From Paraspadella gotoi (Eukaryota; Animalia; Chaetognatha), in contig CM119266.1 of NCBI GenBank assembly GCA_051294375.1, positions 26,230,851 through 26,294,850 of the forward strand: a stretch of DNA of 64,000 nucleotides, given 5' to 3'. The notes beneath the pieces are model-generated. The model was given only the letters and a program-made list of their open reading frames with translations. It was not told the DNA's origin and made no database searches. Positions 34,260-45,100 of the stretch are shown here, piece after piece; the stretch's first letter is position 1; every line of letters starts with the position of its first letter. Made by a program: the position numbers and the translations under genes.

Positions 34260-36398
34260 TTAAGTTAAAATTGGCGACTTGGCCGACATAAAATGAAGTC
34301 GGCCCAAACAACATCGGTTGGAATAAAACAATGGATAAAACTTTTTCGATGCGCTGTTGTAGTTGTAGACGGAAGCAATGATTTCGAGCGAATCGAGAGA
34401 GGGAAATCTTTTGACATTTTTGATCAATTGGTTCAGGGGCGAAACGTCCTTCAGACGGATGAACATTTCCGGATAATCGACGAAGACGCCCGGGGGGCGT
34501 TCGAGGACTTTTTCCGGAAGGTAGTCGACGCCAGTCTCGGGGACGTCGACGATTAAAAGGCATCGCTCCAAAGCTGACAAGTAAGACAAGTGGCTCAGGT
34601 CTCCCAGAACTAGCCCGGAGACGTATAAGTAAGCGTTGCAGTCGAGGAAAGAAAATAGAGCCTTTTCGCAACCTATTTTCAAAGTTTTGAGCAATGGACA
34701 GCTTCGAGTTAACGCCTCAAAAGCCCCATGTCCGAATTCGACAATAGCTAAGTCCAAATGAGTCATCCTGGCCAACAACTGGGATGTTTTCTCGACACAA
34801 TCACAAGAAAGGATCAGAGGATTTAAGTATAGCGTTAACTGCTCCAGATTTCCAGGGAAATCTCCCAACAGTTCGCCGAAAATCACGTCTTCGGGAAATG
34901 ATTCGTGATGAGGCGTGCAAATAGAGAGTTTTTTTATCGAGCTCCAATGTTGCAAGACTGTTTTTAAAAATGGAAAGACTCCGAAATTAGACAAAGTCAG
35001 ATGAAGATTGGTTATCGCGTTCGGCTCGAATTCCCTCGAAAAAACAGAGCGAAGATCGTCGACGAAAAGTCCGTCCCCTTCCAATGAATCTTCTTCTCCA
35101 GCTTCGTCCAACAAAATTGCCAAGTTATCCAGATTCGGCATGCGCCCCAGTATCGTTCTCAGTTGGAGCCAATCATCTTTGGTCGGAACAAAGAAAAATA
35201 AAGCTGCTATGAGGGGTAGTAAGGGGTGCCGATCGAGACCACCCTGCAGAAAGGTCTCGGGGGTTAACATCAGCTCGATGGGCAGGTCCCCGCTCTCCGA
35301 CTGAGGATGAAATTCCACGGACGTTAACCCATTGCAAAGAAGTAGAAGTTCCATTAATCCCATTAGTCCTTGCGAAATATCGTAGGGCAATAAACCGAAG
35401 TGAACGCTTTGGAGCATTTGAGGCATGTAGGTCGCGGAGAGCGAGAGGCTTCTTACGCCTTCTTTGGACAGACCCTCTCTACCTGCGTCAGCATCAACGA
35501 AGTCCCCACGAAAAGTTATTAATTTGGAGCAATTAAAGAACACGAGTGCGACGTCCACATACGTCAATGCAATGCCCAAATGCAAGTTAACTAGATTGCC
35601 CATAATATTTAATTGCATTAAGCACGTCACGATATCCTTTTCCATTCTGGGTCCGAATACGTCCCGATCGATTAGATAAACCGACTTGACGATGGCTAAC
35701 GAATGCAGTTGATAACACGATCGTAGCGACAGTAAAGCCGGTAATCCAGATGGAAAAAGATTACTCACGTCCATTTTTAAAGATTTAAGCGTATTGAAGA
35801 CGCCAAGGGGGTAATCTCCTTTGTCCATGCAAAGATCTTCACGAGAAGTAGAAAATGATAGATGCTTTAGCCGGGGGTGCTTGTCAATAAGGCTTCGAAG
35901 ATGCGCATTTGTTAAGCTTGTACCGATTGGAAAAGATAGCGACTCGATAGCATTGTCACTTATATGAACCCGTGACCAGATGTCTTCCAATGCCAATTCG
36001 TTGTCCTCCGAGAAATCCATGTCAGACATGTCTAATTTCCTTAAATTATTGCATCGACTCATCAAATCGTCAAGAAGAAGCAAATTAATGTTGCAAAATC
36101 TCTGGGCGACGGCTCTGCGAAGAAGTCCTTTGACCACGTCGGAGGTAAAGAAAGGCACGGACTGCGTCAGGACGATCTCCGAAAATCCATGAGAAAATGA
36201 AGAAAAAAATTCGAAAGTGGGAATTTTCTGGTGAATGTTTACGTTGTGACCGAATTGGAAAGAATACCACCGAGAGGACTCCAAAATTAGAAAACGCCAT
36301 TGACGGCATACTTCCGAACATATTAATAGTTCGTATGCTGACAAATACTTGATAATATTTTTAAAAACTAAATCTGGAAAAAGTTTGCTCGACTCCAT
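34260..36398 (-). CDS. Intronless F-box / leucine-rich-repeat protein (712 aa)
   Basis: N-terminal F-box LFPDLVFKNIIKYLSAYELLICSEVCRQWR, followed by LxxLxL-type repeats (RCNNLRKLDMS, HPRLKHLSF, MPNLDNLAI, SCPLLKTLKI). One long ORF. Confidence 0.85.
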   Translation of the reverse strand: MESSKLFPDLVFKNIIKYLSAYELLICSEVCRQWRFLILESSRWYSFQFGHNVNIHQKIPTFEFFSSFSHGFSEIVLTQSVPFFTSDVVKGLLRRAVAQRFCNINLLLLDDLMSRCNNLRKLDMSDMDFSEDNELALEDIWSRVHISDNAIESLSFPIGTSLTNAHLRSLIDKHPRLKHLSFSTSREDLCMDKGDYPLGVFNTLKSLKMDVSNLFPSGLPALLSLRSCYQLHSLAIVKSVYLIDRDVFGPRMEKDIVTCLMQLNIMGNLVNLHLGIALTYVDVALVFFNCSKLITFRGDFVDADAGREGLSKEGVRSLSLSATYMPQMLQSVHFGLLPYDISQGLMGLMELLLLCNGLTSVEFHPQSESGDLPIELMLTPETFLQGGLDRHPLLPLIAALFFFVPTKDDWLQLRTILGRMPNLDNLAILLDEAGEEDSLEGDGLFVDDLRSVFSREFEPNAITNLHLTLSNFGVFPFLKTVLQHWSSIKKLSICTPHHESFPEDVIFGELLGDFPGNLEQLTLYLNPLILSCDCVEKTSQLLARMTHLDLAIVEFGHGAFEALTRSCPLLKTLKIGCEKALFSFLDCNAYLYVSGLVLGDLSHLSYLSALERCLLIVDVPETGVDYLPEKVLERPPGVFVDYPEMFIRLKDVSPLNQLIKNVKRFPSLDSLEIIASVYNYNSASKKFYPLFYSNRCCLGRLHFMSAKSPILT

Positions 36399-36604
36399 AA
36401 ATAAATGGTCACTGTGGGTAGAACAACGCCGTTAAATATAATACACGAAAAACAATATAAGAAATAACACTTGATCGAAATTCTTTGTTTTCAATTTCGA
36501 ACAGAATAAAAAAGATTTAGATTCTACGTAGTAGTGTTAGAAGCCGCGTATTGGTAATCATCATTCATATGATAATAGTTGGAAACACGGCCAAACAGAC
36601 AAGA

Positions 36605-37593
36605 TTAAACGGCGGTTCCTCTCTCCAAGTTCTGTTTGATTTCTGACGTGTAGTCGCCGTAGAAACGTTCCAGTTTTTTGTTGAATTTGGCGTTTCTTTG
36701 GTTGATGTAGTCGATGTCGTCGTCTTCGTCGTGCGTTCGTCGTCGCGAGTACTTTGCCCGCTTCTTGATTTGTTTGTCCAAATCGGTGACCATCCGGGAC
36801 ACGGCCTCTCGCGAGGGTTTGTGAGTTCCATGAACAGCCGTGGAATTTGCGCTGAAACGTTGGGAATATATATTAAAGTTGTGCAAAATCTAAACCATAG
36901 ACATTCCCCGCCTTCCGTATACTCACTCGAATGCTTCTTCGCCAAGCTCTTCAATCTGACTCACGTAGGCGTCGAGATCCGGTTTCATTTGTTGCGTCAA
37001 CCGGTTGTATTGGCGAGCGGTTGCCGCCTCGTAGGTCGAGAACCCTTCGTCCGGGTTTGATTTTTTCATCTTTTTCCTAATTGTATGGGTACATTAGATA
37101 ATAGATATACGATAACTCGTCTTCGTAATTGGTTCATCCTGCTTCCCCGGTCGCGAAGACTCGCCTGTGCTTGGATTCAGCGTGATCGGCCTGAACGTCC
37201 AATACTTTGATTCGATCATAGTCGACGCACTTTTGTTTTGCTTCTCTTCGTTTTCTGTCCAAACGTTTTAAAATCGTTCGCAAGTTTCGATCAACAATTA
37301 ACTAGGAATCAACGGTTTCTTACCTGTCGTCCTCGATTTCCCACTCGATCCGATCCCGTTTCTTTTCGTGGTTACCTGGTAACTTGTTTCTCTTGTCCTC
37401 TTCCACAACTTCCTAAATAGCGAAAAAGTGATCGACCATCTTTCTCACAAAACTCTCGGATGCATCATCAACTCTTTATCACCTGATGGTTGAGTTTTCT
37501 AGCTTCGTTTCTTCTTAATTGCAAGTCTCGAAGGCGTTTTAATCTTTCTTCCTTTAAATCAGCCGCAGTGGAACCGGTGGAGGTAGACGCCAT
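36605..37593 (-). CDS. SYF2: Pre-mRNA splicing factor SYF2
   Basis: ATG at 37593; [38 protein letters not shown], and C-terminal [47 protein letters not shown]. Confidence 0.96.
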
Positions 37594-39101
37594 CAGTACT
37601 GGTTTTTTTTATTTTTTTTAATAAACCCCACTTCGTTTTTTCAAAGGATTCGCTGAAATTGATATTCAAGTGATAGTGGAATATCGGACTCTCTATAGGC
37701 TTTTGAAAACCGTGGTTAAATAAAATACTAAGAACTACGCGTCCTGCAAGAAGTCCAAAAAAGTAAAAATAGAAAAAATACAATTTGAATTTTTCATTTA
37801 CAAGGGCGTAACTTTCTGCATGTACGTACAAAATGGGCGAAGATTTTTTTTATCGAATGAAATAAATCGGTTTGTCAACAATACGTCGGAGAGTTGCCGG
37901 AACTTTCGAAAAACACTAAACGAATTTATATAGTAGCTCAAAACATTTGCAATGATAGTTTTATGTTTTTATACAGACTATAGTGCGCACGAATTATGCT
38001 TATTTTTCCTGGTTCGTGGAAGACTACGTGATACATAAAACTATATTCTTTCCCTAAATAGCTCTATTACAAACGGGCAACAAATTAAACCGAAAAATAA
38101 AATTTAATATAAATAAAAATGGAGCGATATACGTGAAATATTCCTCTTCCTTATATAATCCCCAGCAATAAATAAGTAGTCAATGCCCATGTCATTATAA
38201 AATGCAAGTTGAAATTGTTGATGTCCGGTAATCACACCAAATATTTTCCTTCTACCTCACTCGCACTCAAACAATATAGAACTTTGTTACTCGATTAAAT
38301 TTAAATTTATGATTTAAAAAAAAAGTTTTTTTAGGCGTGAAACCAAAATTGAGATTTTTTTAGATAATGCAGAATAAAATTATATTCAAGATGATTTATA
38401 TTGAAATGGGTTTATTTATTATTATTTATTAGGTGTAAAATGAAAGAATTATTATTAAAATAATATACATTTACATTATGACAAGTTAGGAGAGAAATAG
38501 TGAAAATAACTCTTCGTACCGAAAAATTGAACTATTAACACCTAGAAACAAATTAAAAACCCAAGGCTTCACTAAACTATGTTTTAAGCTAAGATCTACG
38601 ATTCGGCACATCTTCCAGTTGCAGCTTCATTTAAATTAAGCTAAGGGCAATGAAAACATGATAGGGACCAAAATTAACAATTTTTGTCGTGGTGACTAAA
38701 ATTTGATAGTCAATACGCGTCGGCGAAAAATAAAGCTCGAAAAAATTATTTCAGGACATCCGAATTAATATAAGTACTGAGCACAAGTGCACGGCAGCGA
38801 AACAACAGAATATTGATCCAGGAACTTTTCCCCAATTTTTTAATGCAAACGTTATTCTAAACCATTAATCTACTTCTTTTCATTTATATTACTACTTTTA
38901 CCCAACCCCTAGCAAATCACGACAAGAAAACGCATTAAAGTTTCAACAAATTTATATACACCAAACTAACGTATAAAAAGAACGCGTTTCACAGATTGAC
39001 ATTTACATATTTCAATGGAGCAAAAAAAATAAAAGAATAACATGAGCGAATCGCGCGCCATAGGTCGCGGTTTAGGGTGAGACGCGAACGACTGCCAAGT
39101 T

Positions 39102-42100
39102 TCACGAGGGCGAGGGTTTGCTTCCGGTTGTAGTAGTTTGGGACTGCTGAGGTGCGAACCCAGGCGGCGGCGCCTGAGACCCGCCCCCGGTTGATGTGGC
39201 ACTCGGAGCCCCACCAACAGAAGATTGATGGTGGAAAAGCATTTTTTCGACGCGATCCAAGTCCTGACGAAGTTGCTGCTGCAAGATAAGCACCTTTACG
39301 AAAAAAAATGGAAAAAACTGCGTTAACCGAAACGCCGAAAATTGTAATATGGCATAAATATGAATGATCACCTGTTGGATGGGTATTTTCTCTAATTCTT
39401 CTTGGGGTTGCAGGCACTTCATGTGCTGGTTAGTGACACCCAATCTCTCAAGATCTTGCAACAATTTAGTGCAACGTCCCACAGCCTCGTCACGTTGTTG
39501 AAGCGCCAGCATCTTGTCGATCTTCGCATCTTCGGCTTCTTTTTTCCAAGCATCACAAGCCTAATTTGGTAAAGGAACTTATTAGTTTTTATAATATGTA
39601 TTATAGACAATTCCTTTTCTCAGGTCAATCACAAACTATATAAAAAAATCTTTAAAGCATAAGGATCGTCGCAATCGCATAAGAAAAATCTGGATTGACG
39701 ACAAATTTTGATACTAAAAAAATCAAATTTTAGAAAGAAAATTTATTTATATAAAAAAAAAAAGAAAAAAGAAAAAAAAGAATAATAAATATAAAACAGT
39801 AAAATAACTTATTTTCAAGTTTAATTTTAAGCAAGTGCTAAGTCTGGAGAAACATTATTGAAGGTACTTTTGTTTTACTTTAAGCACGCATAAGCGAGCA
39901 GTTTGATCGAATGTGACCTCTCTAAACACTGTCAACATTCCCAGACAAAAGACAAAGTGAAACTTAAATCAGACTGACGAAGTGAAGTAAAGACTAAAGT
40001 GAAGTAAAATGAAGTAAAGTAAAAAAAAAATAAAGTAATAAATATATATTGAAAAAAAAATATTATTCTGATTGATATTTAGAATATATAGGAAAAAATC
40101 TACGAAAATCTCGGATGTAAATTTGGGAATAAATGGCGATAATAAAAGTTTTTAGAGGGAAAAAATTATTCAGAGAGAGAAAGAGAGAGAGAAAAATAAT
40201 AAATGACAAAAGGCAGTAGTTGAAAAGAGAGAAAAGAAAGAGCCGATGCAGAGCCAACTGCAGATAAAGAAATCAAAAGGCAGCAGCAGAAGCAGCAGGA
40301 GAAAAGAGAGAAAAAGAATACGCCCCTGCAGAGCCAGCTGCAGACTCGTTTTTTTTCCCCTTTATGAATCAGTGACTAAGGAAAAGAGAGAGGGAGAGAG
40401 ACATGTAATTACAAGAGAAAAGAGAGAGAGAAAGAAATATGAAAATAAAAGAGAAAAATTTGTTTGTTATGATAAAACGTAAAAAAAAACATATTTAATA
40501 ACTGTCCAGACTCAATTTTAAGCACATCGATGATGAGAAGCTGTATATAAATTTTCAGCTTCATAAACCCAAATTTAATCATAAAAAAGGCGATCTATAA
40601 TTTGGAACGCGACGACAACAACGCGACGACACTTATGAGCAAAAGCATTACAATATCGTCGCAAACGCTAAGCGATTGCAACGATAAAAATGTTAATCTA
40701 ATGTGATTACCTTTCTGGCCTGCATCATGCACTCCTCCCAGGCGGCGAGCGTCGACCTGCTAGAGATCACTTCCTCTTGTAATCTTAGCAGCTCCGCGGC
40801 CCCGAGATTTGCGGCGGTGGCGGCGGCGCCGTTTCCCTGATCGGGCAAACTCCCACCCGCCTTTTGCGACCCTTGAGGAGTGGAAAAAAGGGACGAGGAG
40901 AGCAGTGGAGACGAGTTGGCGCCTGTGCCACTTCCGGGAGAAAGGCTGCTAGCCACAGCGACGCCAAACTTGCCCACATTAGCCTGGTGACTAAATAAAG
41001 AAGATAATTGTAGGAGACGATTCCGCGAAATCCCTCCAAAAAAAGAAATGTGATTTTTTTTCCAACCTCAAAAAAGCAGCGGCAGCCATAGAGTCTCTAA
41101 ACTGCTGCTGCTGCACCGCCGAAGGATGCTGCTGGTGCTGGCCGAGGGAAAACGCGCGTTGCCGAGGTTGGATCGCCGCTGCGGACAGAGTCATCGAAGA
41201 TAACGGCGACATGCTCCCGGCCCCACCTGCTGGAGAAGTTTTAACATTGACATTTTATTTGGAGAAAAACAAGCAAACCAGAAACTGTGGACTTTTTACA
41301 AACCAGTGGAGGCGGCGGAATTGACGGCAAGATCGGCGAATCCCGGTGGCCCGCTGGTTCCCGACGTGATCTGATGACGCAGCATAGCGCCATCGGGAAT
41401 GCTGATGGGCAAGGATCGTCCCATAGCGACGCCCATGGGGCTACCGAAAGAGGCGGAAAAAGACGAGCTGGCCGAGTTGGGCTCCTCCACAATGTCCTGA
41501 AAACGGAGGGCAGGGGTCAGGATTGGAGACTTCAACGCTCCTCTGAGATTAAGGTTGACTTGCCTGGCCGCCAAGTTCGATCTCCTTGTCGAGATTCTCG
41601 ATGTTGAGGTCGTCGATGTCGAGGTCGTCGAGTCCGTTGGCCAAGACGCTCTCGACCGTGTCGCCGGGGGAAAAGTAGGCTAAGAAAAATATTTAAAAAA
41701 ATAGGCGTGTTAAAAAAAACACTTTTTTCTCAGTCGATCACAAATGGGCGCAGGACCGCAGGTTTTACCATTGTTCTGAGGCGATCCCGATCCGCCCAGG
41801 GCCGATGAGGAAGAAATTCCAGAAGATGTAGACGACAGCCGATGATGACGCGACGTGACAGAGACGCCGGTGGGGAAGTGGTGGGGCATGGAAGGCCCCG
41901 AAGAGGAGGGAGCGCTGCCGACGGCGGATCCGCCGTGAAGTGATCGCCGCTGCAGCACCTCCTGCTTCCTTTGCGCTTTTTCCAACTCGTTCAAATTGGC
42001 GTCGTTCTCGATCTCGAGAATTTCCCGGCGCATGCCGGCCGTCAATTCTCCCTAGAGATAAACAAATCTTAAAGAATAAGGATCGTCGCAATCGAGCCAC

Positions 42101-45100
42101 GACAAACTTTAATACTCAAACAAAAAATCATATTTGATACAGGAAAACTAAGTTTTATACATTCAAAACCTGGCTTATTATAATTTATATATTTATATAT
42201 AAAAATAAATATATAAATATAAATGGATGAATAAAGTAAAATAAAATGAATCGAATGAAATCAATTGAATAAATGAATTAAATTTAAATTTTATTCAATT
42301 TAAATTAATGAAAGAATTGAAAAAAAAAATTGCATAGTGAATAAATTAAAAGTAAGAACTGAATTTATTAAATTGAACGATGAAATTTAAATGCTAATGT
42401 ATACAGCGCTATCATGAGCAGAGATTATGGTATTAAAATTTGTTTTGTTAATTACTAGGGTATAGAGCCATATTATAATTTTTTTGTCCATTGAAAGTAT
42501 TCTAAAAAATGTATAAATAATCGTTTGAGCATATACTCACTCTAAATTTTTGACTCACCCCATTGAGTTGAGCTACCCCTACTTAACATCATGAGTTCGA
42601 TGCTGATACAATGTTTTTTAACAAAAAAAAAAAAAAAAAAAAAAAGAGAGGGAGAGCATAAATTTAACCCGCGGCAGATATGGGTAGCCGCACTCCAAGA
42701 GTTAGTCAAAAATTTCGAGTAAGTACATGCTCAAACGAAAATTTATATATTTTAAAGTATACTTTCAAAAAAATTCTTACATGGCTCTATACCTTTTAGA
42801 GAAGAGTTTGAAATGGATTCAACAACGATTTATTTGAAACAATAATAATAACGGACATGTTTCGGCTCTTGTTTAAGTCTTAAGTTTTAAACGACATTGA
42901 TGATAAGAAATGTATCTAAATTTTCAGCTTCATACAATTTTTAATTCCTTTATGGAATACTAATTCTATATCGGTCCGCCTCGCCACGAAATGCCCTTTT
43001 GTTCGCGCTAGTCGATAGATCGCGCGTTTATCAGTGTAAGAAAAATGAACAAATAACATCGAAAGATGCAAAAAAGAAAAACCAGGGAATGCCGTCACGT
43101 GACCGGCCTTGACCAATGGGAGCCCGGCAAATCCCAAGCCGGCTCCCTCCCTCATCCGGGAATACGGAAGCCTCAAACGTCCCTAGAAGATCCCGGAGGG
43201 GCGCTCTACGCGACGTCCCTGCAGTAGAAACGGGAAGAAGGTCTGCGCGCCAGACCAATCTCCCGCGCGAAGGATGACGCCAAGATCACTCCGCGGGCAA
43301 AGGGTCGAGACCGCCATAGCGCGCGTCGACCCCGGGGCCGCAGAAACGTCCGCCTCCAAGAAAAGTTCCTTGAGATGGGAGGCGAAACGCTGCGTCGAGA
43401 GTTGGCGAAGAGGCGCGCGCGGAGCGCAGAAAAGAAAATTGTGTGGCGGCGCCAAATCCGAGCGGAGAGAGAGCCAAATGCGCAGCGCCTGAACCGGGCA
43501 GCGGTCCGAGAGCGGCAGCGAATCCAGATGAAACGCCGGACCCATGTGTCCGACCCTATCCGTCTTCGAGAGCGTCGATGGAACCAGACGAACGTGATCT
43601 GCCGCTAAGGAGAGATAGCCCGCGTCGCAACGAAGAGAGACGATCTCTGAAGGGCGACGAGCTGACGCTAAAGCAACGAGAAAGAGCGAGCGTCGTAGAA
43701 GATCCTCGGCGCGATCGGAAGTGGCGCCGAGTCGAGAATGCGTAAAACCGAGGCCGCATTCCACGTGGGAAGGTCCGACGTGAGGGAGGGGCGTCTCTCG
43801 AAAACTACCTTGAGGAGGCGCCGGACCAAAAGATGCTCTCCAACCGGCGCTCCCGCCAGGGGGGGAGAGTAGTTGAGATGGCCGATCTGTGAAGGTTGAT
43901 TGTGCTGTACAAGAGGCCCTTCTCGCACAGAAACCGAGATATCGTAGAACATCCTCTAGAGAGGCTTGAGATCCTCGAACCTCTCTATCCTGAAGGAAGT
44001 CGCAGAAGGAGCTCCAAGCTCTGGCGAAGCGCTCTCTGGTAGAGCCTCTCCAGCTGTCGACGATGACGGAGAAGGTGGAGTCGTCGATGTCGGAGAGATA
44101 GTGCACCGCCTAAAATCCTCCAGACGACGAGCCTGAAGCGATCCGCTTGCGGTGGCGGAAGCCCAGACAGAGGTCGACGACGAGGTTCTTCGGCGCCGGA
44201 AGCGCCTCGCGTCCAGAAACCGAAGGAAAAGGAGGCTCTGGAACCACTTCTGAGCCGGCCAAAACAGGGTGATCGGGAGAGAAAGGTGCCCCACGCCTTC
44301 TCCAACTTGCGGACCACCATCATCAGCAGAAGAGGGGAGGAAAGAGATAGGCCAGGTCGAAGACCCAGCGTTGCGCCAAGGCGTCTATCCCCTCCGCCTC
44401 CAGCGTCGCCTCCCAGGCGAAAAACGTGGGAACTTGAGCCGACTGGGGAGTCGCGAAAAAGATCGATGCTGGGGAGACCGAATATGTCGACCATCTGATG
44501 GGAAACTCTTGGAAGGAGTTCCCAGTCCGCACCTTGCGGCCCCTCGACGCCGCGGCCGTGATGAGAATCTCCTCCGAAGAGAGATGGACTCCTGAAAACC
44601 GGATCCTCAGGTTGGAGGCAAGTAGAAGTGTCTCCCTGACTACTTCGTGGAGAGCCTGCGACCTGCTGCAGCCCCGACCGAATGCAGGTGAGAGAGGCGA
44701 GGCTGTCCGTCTTCCAAAGATGGACGCGCCGTGGAAGGAAGCTCCGAATCGTTGAGGAAGATCCTCAGAACTGTGAACTCCTTTACATTGAAAAGGAGAG
44801 GGGCATCCGTAGTCGACCAGGTTCCCCTCGACAGATGGCCCTGAAGGAGAAACCCCCATCCCTGCGACGAAGCATCCGTCGTCACCTCCAGCGTGCAGAC
44901 CTCCGGGAGGAGGTCGTCGATCGGAGCGAAGCACTGGTCTGGAGAGAGGGCTGCGATCCACCGCAGCTCCTCCATCGCCGGCGAGTGGAGAGGAAACAAC
45001 GCGGTCGAGATCCTTCTCCGACTTGTAGACACGATAGATGTCTCGTTGAATCCTCGAAAACCGGCAGCGTAGCAGCGGTACTGCCAAGGACGCCGCCGTC

